From Octopus bimaculoides (Eukaryota), in NCBI RefSeq assembly GCF_001194135.2, contig NC_068990.1, positions 59,358,376 through 59,422,375 on the forward strand: a stretch of 64,000 bases of DNA, read 5' to 3'. Made by a program: the position numbers and the translations under genes. Each line of letters opens with the position of its first letter. Positions within the stretch are counted from its first letter, which is position 1. Under the pieces are notes generated by a model, which worked only from the letters and a program-made list of their open reading frames with translations, had not been told where the DNA came from and did not search any database. Positions 10,470 through 25,530 of the stretch are shown one piece after another.

Positions 10470-13400
10470 TGTATANNNNNNNNNNNNNNNNNNNNNNNNN
10501 NNNNNNNNNNNNNNNNNNNNNNNNNNNNNNNNNNNNNNNNNNNNNNNNNNNNNNNNNNNNNNNNNNNNNNNNNNNNNNNNNNNNNNNNNNNNNNNNNNNN
10601 NNNNNNNNNNNNNNNNNNNNNNNNNNNNNNNNNNNNNNNNNNNNNNNNNNNNNNNNNNNNNNNNNNNNNNNNNNNNNNNNNNNNNNNNNNNNNNNNNNNN
10701 NNNNNNNNNNNNNNNNNNNNNNNNNNNNNNNNNNNNNNNNNNNNNNNNNNNNNNNNNNNNNNNNNNNNNNNNNNNNNNNNNNNNNNNNNNNNNNNNNNNN
10801 NNNNNNNNNNNNNNNNNNNNNNNNNNNNNNNNNNNNNNNNNNNNNNNNNNNNNNNNNNNNNNNNNNNNNNNNNNNNNNNNNNNNNNNNNNNNNNNNNNNN
10901 NNNNNNNNNTATGTATGTATATATATATATATATGTATGTATGTATGTATGTGTATACATTTGTATGTCTGTGTTTGTCCCCCCAACATCACTTGACAAC
11001 CGACGCTGGTGTGTTTATATCCCCGTGACTTAGTGGGTTGACAAAAGAGACTGATAGAATAAGTACTAGGCTTACAAAGAATAAGTCCTGGGGTCGATTT
11101 GCTCGACTAAAGGCGGTGCTCCAGCATGGCCACAGTCAAATGACTGAAACAAGTAAAAGAGTAAAGAGTATATGATTATGTTAGACAAGTCGGTCAATCA
11201 GAAGTATTTAATTGCTGTTTTTGTCTCACTGAAGGGTTTTGTATAGGCACAAGAACTGAATTTTGAATGAAGGTGATCAGTTGATTGCATCAACAGTAGT
11301 ACTTGAGTGATGCGTTCTTTTACCAACTCCAGATGATACATGGCCTAGTGGTTAGGATGTTGCACTCCTGATCAGGAGATAATAGTTTCAATTCCTGAGC
11401 TGAGTGGTGCATTGTGTTCATGACCGAAACACTTCATTTCTTGTTTCTCTGTGTTCACTTCAACATCTGACGTGTGGCACACCATGCACCTGTACAAACA
11501 ATGTCAATTTGATGGAGGGAGTGAACTAATTTACAACACAGACATTTGATCATTATAAACAAAACATCTATGCAGGTTGTTCAAGCAGAAATTGCAGAAT
11601 CATTTTTCTCAGACATGAAAGAGTCAACAGCAACAAGAAAGATGAAATGCAAAGTTCACTTTGCAACCTTGTGTGGTTTCAAAATTCACTTCACAATCAT
11701 TTGGTCCTGAGCAGTCCCACAGCATGGCACCCTGGATGCAGACTTAGGGCAACCAATGTCTTGTGAGTGGAATTTGGTGGATAGAAGCTAACAGAAGCTT
11801 ATTGTATATATGAGGGTATGTGCATGTGTGTGTGTGTGTGTGTGTGTGCACACACCTATGTGTATATACTCATGTGTATAGATGCTGGCTTTCACATGAC
11901 TCAATGTCACTATTTGAGCAAAAATGGTGATGCTTGATCACATCTGCGAACGGTTTATCCTGTAGTTCAATGGTTTCATTGTGTGAAGACCGGTGGAATA
12001 ATAGTACTTTATTAGAAAAACAGGAGCTGGTGGTGATAAGAAAAAAAGCATTTGACTGGAGAAAATTGTCTCATTGTCCAAACCATGCTAGGACAGCAAA
12101 AGTAGATTTGAAAAAGATGATGATGATGATGATGATGACAACGACAACAATGGTGATGGCAATGATGATTGAACAGGGCAAACTGGATTTATTTAGCAGC
12201 AACTGGAGCCATTAAAAGATAATTATAAACAAATAACACTATCAGATCCATAACAAGTTACACACACGTATACACACACACTCACAGATATGCATGCACT
12301 ATAGATAAGGGAGACATAACTGCTAATTAACATCAATGGAGTATCGAGAAAAAAAAAATGATAAGAGACATACATACTGCAACTGCTAACGTAATAATAT
12401 ATCATGTTTTCTCAGAAGACTTCCTTTTTTTTTTTGTCTATGTCTATGGTGAGATATCAGAAAATTTGAATTTTGTTATGTAATCCTAGAGGTGAAGATA
12501 AAAAGAGTTGAGAAAGTAGTCAAAGGACCTTTTGTGACCTTTCTAACTATGTCAGCAAGAAAAAGAAAAATATGAGAGAACATCACTGTCTTATTCTGCT
12601 TGAGAGTTAGTAGTGAATTGGTAGAATCAGTAAAGCATCAGGTGAAATTCTTTGTGGCATATATTCTAGCTTTTTGGGTTGGAGATTCAAATCCTACTGA
12701 GATTAACTTAAGATTTCATTTATCATCATCATCATTATTCTAATGTCTACTTTGCCATGCTTGCATGGGTCAGATGCAGTTTGTTGAGGAAGGTTTTGTA
12801 CAGTTGGATGCCCTTCCTCTCATCAACCCTCACCTGTTTCCAAGCAAGGTAATATTTCCCCATAACCAGACATGTTTTCAAGGAAGATTGGAAATGAAGG
12901 ACACTGCTGTATGACAGTTATACTTGTTTACAACTGTCAAGCGATGTCAAGACAAGGTGATACCATCTCTTTCTCTCACTTCTCTCACATACACACACAT
13001 GCACATACATACAAAAGGGTTTTCTTTCAATTCAATTTCTGTCAAATCCACTGACAAGGCTTTGAGAAGACACTCATAGAAGGTGCCATGCAGTGGGCCT
13101 GAACCTGGAACCATGTGATTGAGAAGCAAGCTTCTTAACCACACAGCTACACGTGCACCTTTTCAGCAGCAATAAATAAAATGCTTGTCAAGGACAGTGG
13201 ATATTTTAGGACCATTGGACAGCCATACAGTATTTGTTCTGGTTCATATTTCTAAGTTCAAATCTCATTGTGGCCTATTTTGGTGGTAGAATTCATCATT
13301 CACACGATTTAATAATTCAACACCACCACATGGTCCTTGAGTGATTTTTAGTAGAGTTCATTCCCTTGCAAACATTGAAGTTAAGTCTCCAGTTTAAGGA

Positions 13401-14590
13401 TACCTCCCCTACACACACACATACACTAGTCAGACTCCCTGTAAAGGGCTGAAAAATAACTTCTAACATTAGTACAAGAACACAAATTCTGAAGGACATC
13501 TTTGGCATTATGAAGGGCATCCAGCTGTAGAAACTATGTCAAAACACACAATGGAACCTGGTGTAGCTCTGGGCCTTGCCAGCTCCTGTCAAAATGTCCA
13601 ATCCATGCCAGCATTGAAAACAGAGGTTAAATGAAATAATGACAAGGAGGAGGAAACCATAAATAAGACCGATTCCAATATGCCAAAAGGAAGAAAGGTG
13701 TGCAATGATCATAGCTATAATGTTTCTCTCAGACAGTACAAGGCCTGAATTTGGAGTGAAAGTGATCAGTTGATTTCATTGACAGAAAAACTTGAGTGAT
13801 ATGTTAGTTTACTGATGCTAGAGGGATGAAAAGGAAAGTTAACCTTGGCAAGATATCAACTTAGAATGTACAGCAACAGAAGAAATACTGCAAAATAGTT
13901 TTTTCTGATGCTCCATCAATTCAGCCAACATGCCACCTTAATAATAATGATAAAGCTTTCTAATTTAGGCACAAGGCTAGAAATATTTGAGGAAAGAGAG
14001 CAAGTCAATTACATCAACCTCAGTATTCAACTGATCCTTTATTTTATTGACCTTGGAAGGATGGAAGGCAAAGTTGACTTCGGTGGAGTTGGAACTCAGA
14101 ATGTAGAGACAGATGAAATGTCACTAAGCATTTTGACTGACATACCAATGATTCTGCCAGCTCCCCACCATAATAATAATGATGATGATGATGATTTCAA
14201 ATTCTGGCACAAGGTCAGCAATTTTGGGGGAGGGACAAGTCGATTACCTCGACCCCAGTGCTCAACTGGTACTTAATTTAAGGACCCCAAAAGGATGAAG
14301 AGCAAAGTCAACCTCAGAACATAAAGATGGATGAAATGCTGTTAAGCATTTTGCCTGGCATGCTAACAATTCTGCAAGTTCACCGCTTTAATAATCATCC
14401 TTTCTACTAAAGACACAAGGCCTACAATTTTGGGGGAGGGGATAAGTCAATTACATCAACCCCAGTACTCACCCCAAAAGGATGAAAGACAAAGGTGACC
14501 TCAGCAGAATTTGAACTCTGAACGTAGCAACAGGCAAAATACCAAAAAGCCTTTCACTCAGCATGCTAATGATTCTGCCAGCTTGCCACC

Positions 14591-14622
<32 letters not shown>

Positions 14623-15616
14623 TCCAAGCATAAGATACTTATTTTATTTCGGTATAATGTGTAAAAAAGCAAACTGTGAATGATGCTAATTAGTGATTTT
14701 AAAAGAAAATATATGTTGTATATTTTGTCATGTATTAAAACACAAAAACTAAAAGAAATAGCTATATTTAGGTCTCATAAAATTGGCCTATGGTCAAAAG
14801 CACGCCAACTATGACCATCCCATCCCTTTTTTCCAAGGCACACATTCTCTTCAAACGACATTATCTACAATGTTCTTTTCTGAGATGATAGGATGGGATT
14901 GGGGGGGAGGGAGTTAACTGCTATTTCTAGCAAGTCAAGCAAATAATTACAAGCTTCTTTGTTGACTTAAAGTTATATTTAGCCATACAAACAGAGATGT
15001 ACACCTGTCCTTTGTAAAGTGAACATTTTACATTTGCTCTTTACCAAGTTTTTAATTAACATATTTTACCTATGACTGTATGCATTTACTTTATAATTTA
15101 CGAAAATGAAAATTACTTCTACGACTCATCACATGGAGTTTCTTTTCGAAAGCATATTAATTAATAAAAACTAATACAGAGAAATATAAAGTAAATATTT
15201 ATCATCATCATTTAATGTGCATTTTCGATGCTTGAATGGGTTAGACAGAGTTTACTGAGGCAAATTTTCTACTGCTGGATGCTCATCTCATTGCCAACCA
15301 TCACCTATTTCCAAGTAGGTAATATTTCCACATGATCAAACATGTTATCGCAAAATATTGGGAATTAATGACACTGCTTGTATGACTGTGACACTCATTC
15401 ACAACAATTGCATGATGTCAAGATAAAGATACACACACACACACACACAATGTAGTGCAAGGTTAAAATCGAAGCTTGATTCTCTGTCTGAAGAATTTCT
15501 AACACAGATTTCTTACATATTTATGCCACATGTGCAATTCTGTAATTCCTATTAGCAAAAAAAAAAAACACATGCAATGGTGAATAAATAATACCAAAAC
15601 ATTTTCCCAACTTCCT

Positions 15617-15693
<77 letters not shown>

Positions 15694-15702
15694 CATATAC
15701 AC

Positions 15703-16399
15703 ACTAGCAGCTAAGCCCGGTTTCATCCGGTCGGTTTGGGTGATGTGGCTGTAAAACCTGCTCTGTGTAAGCATTTGACTTGTTTGGGCACGCTTACGTT
15801 AAAAAACAATTTTAGAATGACTTTTTTCTGTCAAAATGCTAAAAATATCTGACCAAAAAAAAAAAAACAACCAAGATTCAACCAAATCAAAAAATAATCC
15901 CAAATGCTAAGCAAACAAAGATGAACCATCCCACTTCCATTGCACGCGCACATGCACACACGCACATACCTCCCACCTTTTACATACATACACATACATA
16001 TTCAGAGTTGAAACGCTGTTTGATTTATTTTTTTCAGCATACAATTTTCATCATCCCACTACCAAGTATGATACCACCCCTTCCTTCCTTATTCATCAAT
16101 CACCCTTTCTCATTCATAAACACAAGAGTATTATTATAGTATATTATCTCAGTAACCATGGGAGCTATGAAAAAATATGACATCACCCCTTCCTTTCTCA
16201 TTGATAAATACAAGAGTATTATTATAGTAGATCATCTCGGTAACCATGGGAGCTATAAAAAAATACAAAGCCCAGCATCACCACCAGATCATTCTACACA
16301 CCTGTGTAATTTTTTGTGCAATTCCACCCAGCCGTTTGACCATGAATCCCAAGGCAAGAAAGAATTGCTCATGTCAAATTTTTATATATATATATATAG
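15703..16399 (+). mobile_element. Non-autonomous Helitron-type element with internal tandem duplication
   Basis: 5' actagcag..cccggtttcatccgg, internal CA microsatellite, 3' ccagccgtttgacc...tatatatatag; about 80 bp (caccc...ccatgggagctat) duplicated at about 16101-16180 and 16184-16266. Confidence 0.65.
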
Positions 16400-16603
16400 C
16401 TGATAGTTAGCATGGTGGGACACACATAAGAAAGAAGAAAGCAAAGGACCACTGATGAGGTCACAGAAGTGTAACGAAAGAACTCTAGCCAAAATAGGAT
16501 TAATGTAATGTAATGTAATATAAAGCTGAAGCAAATTAAAACCAAATATACAGTACATGTGTTTTTATTGGCTAAACTGGCAATATGACCATCTCTAAAT
16601 ACA
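16400..16603 (+). mobile_element. Probable Penelope-like terminal-repeat relic with decayed hammerhead
   Basis: ggacca-ctgatga-ggtcac agaa gtgtaac-gaaa-gaactc-tagcc at 16446-16490; attribution to Penelope is inference. Confidence 0.45.
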
Positions 16604-16717
16604 NNNNNNNNNNNNNNNNNNNNNNNNNNNNNNNNNNNNNNNNNNNNNNNNNNNNNNNNNNNNNNNNNNNNNNNNNNNNNNNNNNNNNNNNNNNNNNNNN
16701 NNNNNATATATATAGGA

Positions 16718-16768
<51 letters not shown>

Positions 16769-17420
16769 GGGACATATACATGCACACACATTACTTATTA
16801 CATATTTAAGAGCCTTCTATATGTCCCCTTAAAGGGAGCATACAGAAGGTGGTTAAATAAGTAAATATATAAATAACTGGGTGACTTTACTCTTTGTACT
16901 TAACTCTAAAACCACTCATTGGAGTTAATTAAGATAAAAGAAACTAACTATCTTAGATGTGGGGGTAAGATGCTTCACTATCTGATCCTCCCTACCCCAT
17001 CCCCTAACCTCCTTCATTGCTATAAATTTTTGTTACTCCCCTGCCTACACATGACATTGCCTTATTTTCTCCTACAGTACTAACAAATTCATTCTGTGAC
17101 CAGCAAGGGTCATAGAATCATGAATGTATGCTGTTGGCTTTTGAATGTTTTGGTTCATGTATTCACCTGATGAAAATGGGTTTTTTACTAATGATGTAAT
17201 ATTTCCATTATTCAGTTAAAAATTCGTTGGAAACGGCTGCAGTGAATTGACACATTATCCAAACACAGGAGACTAAAAACAATGAATAAACATTTTGTAC
17301 ATTTTATGAAACTTATGTGAAAATACTATATGCATACTATTAGAGATCACAAAAGCTAAAATGCTGCAGCAGCAAAAATAACATTAAAAATTATACATCA
17401 TCATTTTGTACACATCTTTC

Positions 17421-17453
<33 letters not shown>

Positions 17454-18237
17454 TGCACATTTGCATTTGTTAGTCTGTGTATTATGTTCGTAATTAATTA
17501 ATAGCAGAGAGACAGACAGGCAGATATAGCAAGAGATTGCGTGATTTAACTCTCAGCAGTAGGTTATTTTTCTTTTTAACTCTGAATTGTTATGACAAAG
17601 ACATGATAGAAAATACACACATAGTAGTGTCACTTAGTTTAAAGACAAGTATATTGATGGATAAAAAGAGTTAATTATCTCCATTTACTTAATAATCACT
17701 TATGAATCAAGCTCTATATCTCTCTCTCTATATATATATAAATATATATATATACATACAAAGAGAAAATTTTTATGTAGTTAAATGATATGAAGTTTAA
17801 ACAAAATTTTAATTAGCATGATGCAATTATTATTAGTATTCTAAAGCTATAAAAATTGTCACTTATTAAAGATCATTTTATAAAAAAAAAATTTTTAATA
17901 TTTGATATACTCTAAATTATATGATCCAACTCTTTCCTAATGGGGAAGCTACATATCTTCTCTACAGCAAGACATCTGTTTCTGTCTGTCTATTCATACT
18001 TTAATTTCATCACCTGATATAAAGTCACCTCCTTCAATACTATTCCCCCACTCAGTTGAGGGGGTCTTGTTTTGCAAGTTACTTGGTGACCTCACAGCTG
18101 CTGATGCCACATAAAAAGTACCTAATCTACACAGTGAAGTGGTTGGCATTAGACAGTAGAGTTTGGTGCGCAATCTCCCAACTTGCCAGCTCTAGTCAAA
18201 CTGCCCAACCCATCCCAACATGGATGGAGGACATCAA

Positions 18238-18291
<54 letters not shown>
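18238..18291 (+). repeat. (ATG)n microsatellite at a retroposon tail
   Basis: Perfect atg run after ggacatcaa. Confidence 0.95.
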
Positions 18292-19222
18292 GTGAAAGAC
18301 CCTTTTATGATGAATAAATGTAAAAGTTTCTATGGCCCAACAAAATAAGCTGTATATCAACTTTCCAAGCTATAGCTTGCTGAAGGTGAACAATCAGCAA
18401 CCACTGCTTACCATGTTGTGGACATCTTCAATGAAACTGACTGCTGTTCTGACCATCCTCAGAAAGGATGAACTGACACAATCACTGCTTGCCAGTAAAA
18501 AACAGGTAAATAAATGTTGTTATAGAAATACATAGAATACATTCCTTCTAAAACCCAAGGTGCCAACACTTAGTTTTCTCTCTAGCATAAGAATTGAATG
18601 TTGTCAGACTTGACAAAAACTTTGCATTCAAATGAGTTGAAGTTTTATTCATTCAATTCTGATGACTAAGTGTCTGTCAAACTCTCAAACGCTGTACAAG
18701 ATAAGAATTTCACCCAATATGCATGACTCCAATGGTTAATCATGGAGACTGTAATATATGGTTTGAGGCTACATATCTAGAGAAGGAGCTATTCTCATAC
18801 ATCTGATCAAATACTACAGTACAAAATTTGCATCCATATACCAAAAGTTATATAGAATGGTCTTTGATTTTCGAGCAAGACAATCAGGAATAATGAAGGA
18901 AAATCTGAGAGCTGTATTAGTCAATGCAGAATCCACAGATTTTGTCCCAATAGGAAACTTATGGAAAACGTTCAACATGATTATTCTGCAAAGGAACTGC
19001 ACAAAGCCAAATGAATTGTATGGTTATAAAGCAACAAATTTTTTTAAAATTCCTGATAAAGTGATCATTAAACTTAGAAGTTCAGTGCTTCATAGATGTG
19101 ATTCACTTTTGAAACATTTCAAGTAGCCAATCAAGTATTAGAACTTGACATTTTCTTCTTCCCCAATGTTTAACATAAACATTTCCTTCAGTCGAAAAAA
19201 AAATTACTTTAATGTTCTTCAG

Positions 19223-19445
19223 TTAACCCTTTAGCATTTAAACTGGCCATATTCAGCCCAAATATTCTACTTGTTTTGTGTCCAAAACAGCTAGATTTAG
19301 CCTCTCACACTTACCCTACAAAGTCATTCTGAAAATAAATTATCACATCAAAATCTTGAAGCTATAAGATAATACATGATTAATTCAAAACAATGTGAAT
19401 AAATAAGCATTACATTAGGTAGAGTAATATGAATACTAGAGTTAA
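19223..19445. mobile_element. piggyBac-like MITE, about 220 bp
   Basis: TTAA-CCCTTTAGCATT left end, decayed right end followed by TTAA; same body as the other copies. Confidence 0.7.
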
Positions 19446-20256
19446 GTGACTTTCATTTTTGGTGCCTTTGAGACTTTCATTCAAAATAAAAATATGAAAC
19501 CCTCTTTCAATTAATATAGTCTGAACTATAAGTGATAAAACAGGTAACGGCATGGCTGTGTGGTTCAGTCCCATTACATGGCACCTTGGGCAAGTGTCTG
19601 ATGCTACAGCATCAGACCAACCAAAGCCTTGTGAGTGGATTTGCAAAACAGAAACTGAAACTCCACTGTATATATAAGTGTGTGTGTATGTGTGCCTTTG
19701 TGTATGCGCTTGTCCTCCACCACTGCTTGACAACCCAACCAGTATCGGTTTGTTTACATCCCCTTAACTGAGCAGTTCGGCTAAGGAGTCCAACAGAATA
19801 AGTACGAGGCTTAAAAACAAAAAATAAGTACTGGGGTCGATTAGTTTGACTAAACCCTTCAAGGTGGTGCTCCAGCATCGACACAGTCCAATATACTGAA
19901 ACAAGCAAAAGAGTAAATAAACAGAAATAATCAACATTTACTCATTAGTGCACTCTTGCCCTTAAACTAAATGACACCACTGTATATAATAATGTATGTG
20001 AGTGTTAACCAAATTACAAGTTTAATGGAATAACATTGTTCTTGGGCTGCTAACAATTCAATTTTTGAAATCAACATCACTATGACTTTTTTTTTTATTT
20101 ATCTTTCTTGTTACAAGCTAATATGCCTAGGTTAAACAGGTTTTTTTTTTTTTGCAAACCCGTTTCATAATAATTGTTCCAATAAAAACCCATCCCACCA
20201 TGCAAGCTTGGAAAAATGGATGTGAAAGAGCAATGCTTGCACACACACACACGCGC

Positions 20257-20299
<43 letters not shown>

Positions 20300-20993
20300 T
20301 ATCAATATTTAATGACTGTTTTATTATACTGACACGGGTTGGACGAGTCAGCTTTGTAGCATGCTGCCATTTTGTTTCATTTGTTTGTCAAGTCTTTAGA
20401 TCTGATCTCACGAAGTCTTCCTTCGTATGCCTTTCAATTTCCCACAGACGCCCTCTACTAACTGCTTAAAGTACTTTTAGCAACCATCATATCCAATATA
20501 GGCACAGGTGTTTGACTGTAAGAAGTTTGCTTCCCAACCACCTGGTTCTGGGTTCAGTCCCACAGTATGGCACCTTGGGCAAGTGCCTTCTGCTATAACC
20601 TCGAGTCAACCAAAACCATGTCAATGGATTTAGTAGACAGAAACTGAAAGAAATCCATCATGTGTGAGTGTTTTCTCCTACCACTGCTTGACAACTGGTG
20701 TTGGTGTGTTTACGTTCCCAAAAGAGATCAATAGAAGTACCAGGCCTAAAACAAAATAAGTACTAGTGGCAATTCATTCAATCAAAATTCTTTGAGGTGG
20801 TGCCCCAGCATGGCCAGTCTAATGACTAAAACAAATAAAAGATAGAAAATATTCACAGTGGTCTCTCCATACATTTCGAATGATCATTTTGAAGCACCAG
20901 CCACTCTCTCAGTTCCCTTGCACTTTGCTTTTCAAGCAGGTTAACATTCCTCACATAAATGCATGATACTCAGCTCATTTGTTTACAGTATCT

Positions 20994-21345
20994 TTTATTT
21001 TTACCTCGTGCTCTTAAGTGAAAGCAGGGTATTGTAGTTGCACGTTTGTGTGTTTGCAAAATTGCTGGAAAACAGCTGAACATATTTTCACCAAATTTGG
21101 CAGAAATACTCATTGGGTGAGTGGCTCGAACTCATTATTTTGGTTTGATTATCTTCAAAACTGGTGGACAGGTGAATCAAAATGTTTTTTTTTTTCTTTA
21201 TTACATATGCATAAACAATAAGCAGGGGAAATAACTCTTGATGTCATTTTGTCGAAATATGAATTCGTATGAGAATATATTTATTAATTTAAATTGTATT
21301 TTATCCTTGTGTGTGCGCAGGGTACGCATTGCCCTTCCAGTGCTT
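20994..21345 (+). mobile_element. Helentron-associated (DINE-1/HINE-like) element
   Basis: tttattttt-acctcgtgc start, tgtgtgttt tract, aaaacagctgaacatattttcaccaaatttgg core, and 3' hairpin (agggtacgcattgccct) followed by poly-T. Confidence 0.55.
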
Positions 21346-22394
21346 TTTTTTTTCATTTACTTGCTTAAGTCATTGGACTAAAGCCATGCTGGGACACCAT
21401 TTTGAAGAGCTTTGGTTGAACAAATCGAACCCAGTACCTATTTGCCGAACTGCTAAGTTATAGGAGCATTAACAAACCAAAACCAGTGTCAAGTGATGGT
21501 GAGACACATACATGCATGTATCAACAAAATCCATTCTCAAAACTTTGGCTGGCCCAAGTCTACATTAGAAGACAGTTACCCAAGGCACCACACAGTGGGA
21601 CTGAACTGGAATCCATGTGATTGGGAAGCAAATTGCTTACTATACAGCTGAATCTGTGCCTACATGTGCAGATTTTCCACATTCAGTACCCATCTCTCTC
21701 TCTACCACATAGCTCCACATTTATATGTCACACACAATCACAAGAAACAGCTCTTTCTATTCTCTGACAACTACGATTTCTAAAAAAACCACCTCCACTA
21801 CTAATTAGATTGCTAACGTAACAAAAAATGCCACCCTCCTCTTTGTGAACTGACTGAGCATTTTCATGGATTTTATTTTCTGGGACTCCTATTGTTAATT
21901 ACTCCTATCTATCTGAAGCCATTGTTTCCTGTCAGCTGCCAGAAAACACACAACACCTTTTGCTTGCATTGAGAACACAATATTAAGTTTCTACTTATTC
22001 TTTTCTTTTCTTTCCTCCTCCTCCTCCTCCTCTCTCTCTCTGAACGCAACTAGCAGAAAAGTTTAGAGCATTAGACAGAATCGATGTAAGATAATTTTTT
22101 TCCTTTTATCCTTTCACAGATGATAAATAAAATACCAATCCAGTACTGAGTTAATTTCTCTCTCTCATATTTTCTGTCACTCTCCTTTTCTCCAGAAGAA
22201 ACTGGCTATGAAAAAGAATGGGTACTTACAAAACCCAAGACATGCTGCAAGTCACAGTACAATTCCATCAGGAGTTACAAGCCAAACACTACCTATAAAA
22301 TCCTATTCAGGTATTTTTCATTCAGTTCTACCTTTTCCCCTATAACCGTTGGTTTTGCCATCCTTCTATTCCAACAGTTTTTGACATTTCAACC

Positions 22395-22644
22395 CAGTGT
22401 TTCTCAACCATTTTTTGCCTATGGACCCCTCTGATTCCTATTTTATTCAGATCGACCCTCTTTGCCATTTGATGTTTAAAAAACCCTATAATATTTTTCT
22501 AATTAAATATTTTTAGGAATTGTATAAAAAAGTTAAAATATTTTGTGTATTGTAAAAGTAAAACCAATTTTTTGCAGATAAATTTTAACAATAAAATCTT
22601 ATATGAACCCCATGGGCCATGTAGACCCCAGTTGAGAACCACTG
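22395..22644. mobile_element. hAT-type MITE
   Basis: TIRs cagtgtttctcaac / gttgagaaccactg; 8-bp TSD tttcaacc / tttgaacc (7 of 8). Confidence 0.85.
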
Positions 22645-23161
22645 TTTGAACCATTCTGATGTCTCGGGAGTGCTCCACAAACTGGTCAGTCAAGCAGTGT
22701 ACAGTTTGACCAATGTAAAGAGAGAGAGATCAAGAAATGAAGAAAATAACATTACTAGAGGTGCAGGTAAAGCAACACACTCACACTAGCAGTTCAGTAA
22801 AAGAGACTGATTGAATATGTATATACTAGGATTAAAAAAGAAAAAAAGCTCTGGGATTGATATTTTTAAATACAAGTTGGTGCCCCAGCATGGCTGCAGA
22901 CAAATGACTAAAACAAGTAAAAGATGAAAGATATTCAATACACACATATTTAGTGAGAGATGGACAAAGGGGGTTGTTTTATAACAACTCAATTTTGAAA
23001 TCAAACTATTTACAGTTTTTATATATCTTTCTCCAAGCTAACATGTCTAGGTTAAACAGATTTGTGAAATTGTATCTTTGGAAGTTTGCCATATTTGGTA
23101 ATTTCTTCAGTATTCTATTATTTTTCATAACAAATAAAAGGAAACAAAAATAATTAGACTA

Positions 23162-23204
<43 letters not shown>

Positions 23205-23225
23205 TACAAACACATTTGCACATAC

Positions 23226-23274
<49 letters not shown>

Positions 23275-24419
23275 AAGAGAGAGAGAGAGTCGGGGATGTC
23301 ACACAAGTTGTACCCAATTTCAAACTTTTATGCAGTGTGAAATAGCAAAGCCATAATCGTAAAAGCTATATTTAAAATAGAGATCAGGAATAGAATATTA
23401 CATTTTATAACTAAATAAGTTGTTGAGTATGTCTGTTGTCTTTTATTCAACCACAGAATGCAGCTGGGGAGTAGGTTTACCACACAAACAGCTTTTGTGT
23501 CAAGTGACAACTTTGAAATTACATTTCCAGTTTGCTGGTCATGATTTCATTTTGCCAGTCTTCCATTGTACACTGACCCAAAGTGCCTTATCTTTTTACT
23601 TGCTTCAGTCATTGGACTGTGGCCATGCTAGGGCACCACCTTGAAAAATTTTAGTCAACTCCTGTACATATTTTTAAAGCCTGGTACTTATTCTATTGGT
23701 CTCTTTTGCCAAATCATTAAGTTACAGGATACATAAACAAACCAACACCAACTGTCAAGCAGTAGTAGGGGACGAACAAAACATATACAAGCAGATACAC
23801 ATACAAACATATACATGCACACACACAAGCACACACAAGCAAACACACACACACACACACATGCAAACAGATGACAGGCCTGTTTCTGCCTACTAAATCC
23901 ACTCACAGGGCTTTGGTCTGCCCAGAGTTATGGTGGAAGACACTTGTGCAAGCAAAAGTAGAATTGATCTTTAAAACCAACTAGTCAAAATAACAGACTT
24001 TTCAGTTTAATTACACCTCAAAAAGTATACCCTACTCAACTGGCTAGACTACCTGTTATATATATATATATATATATNNNNNNNNNNNNNNNNNNNNNNN
24101 NNNNNNNNNNNNNNNNNNNNNNNNNNNNNNNNNNNNNNNNNNNNNNNNNNNNNNNNNNNNNNNNNNNNNNNNNNNNNNNNNNNNNNNNNNNNNNNNNNNN
24201 NNNNNNNNNNNNNNNNNNNNNNNNNNNNNNNNNNNNNNNNNNNNNNNNNNNNNNNNNNNNNNNNNNNNNNNNNNNNNNNNNNNNNNNNNNNNNNNNNNNN
24301 NNNNNNNNNNNNNNNNNNNNNNNNNNNNNNNNNNNNNNNNNNNNNNNNNNNNNNNNNNNNNNNNNNNNNNNNNNNNNNNNNNNNNNNNNNNNNNNNNNNN
24401 NNNNNNNNNNNNNNNNNNN

Positions 24420-24462
<43 letters not shown>

Positions 24463-25474
24463 CACACAAACACATACAGAATGCGAGAGAGCTAGGAAGG
24501 ATATAAAGCACTGCTGTTTATGAATATGAATATATCTTTGGGAAAGCACATCGAGGGCATGTTCTAAATACTAAATGGAAATAGGATGTGGTCTAACATG
24601 TAATACATTTATTTGAAAAACTGACATCATTTGAACAATTAACCTAATTTGCATTTAAACGTGTCATATCTGGCCTAAATATGCTTCTTGTGTGTGAGGC
24701 TGTATCTGGCTTCTCACACCTACCTTACAATGTCATTCTAAAAATAATATCACACCATCGAAATCTCAAAGCTACAAGAAAATCCATGACTAATTCAAAA
24801 CAATGTGAATAAATAGGCATAACATTTGACAGAGTAATCTAAATGCTAAAACGTTAAACAAAATCTAAGGGTAAATAATGTAAACAATGTACATAATTCC
24901 TCATCTCTTAAATATAGAACTGTAAAATCTAAGAGTGTTTGAAAGTTGAAACAATACACAAAGATAAGGGACATAACTCAATATCAGCTGACTCAAATTT
25001 TGGGGTTACATAAACAATACATATGGGAAAGTCATTCCAATAAGACCAACAAATCAGTTGCTTACTCCAAATAGCTTGAAAAACCAGATTCACTTCACTC
25101 TCAGAACTCTCAATGTTACATCAGTAAGACCCTATTATACATCTATTTAATATGCAGAACACTCCACTCAAGTAGTTTCCTTCAGCTCTACTTCTATACA
25201 CGAGTGCAGGTACCTTTGTGTATGTATATATAAAACAATATAAGAATTAAAATTGCCTACAGTTCTATTACTTCACACTTGTGAGAATAGGCAAATTAAA
25301 CTGTAGCTGAATTTATACAACACATACATCTATACATACAGACAGAATTACACACACACACACACACACACAGATAGATAGATAGAACCATACAGACATA
25401 TACATGTGCATGTAGATATATCTGTGTATAAATATATATATATAAAGTCAATGAACAAAATACAAATACAAACA

Positions 25475-25530
<56 letters not shown>

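Noticed and set aside
18300-19130. Cluster of 60-90-aa ORFs in non-SINE sequence
   Set aside because: No recognisable motif, consistent frame or convincing splice pair; at most an unidentifiable ancient relic.
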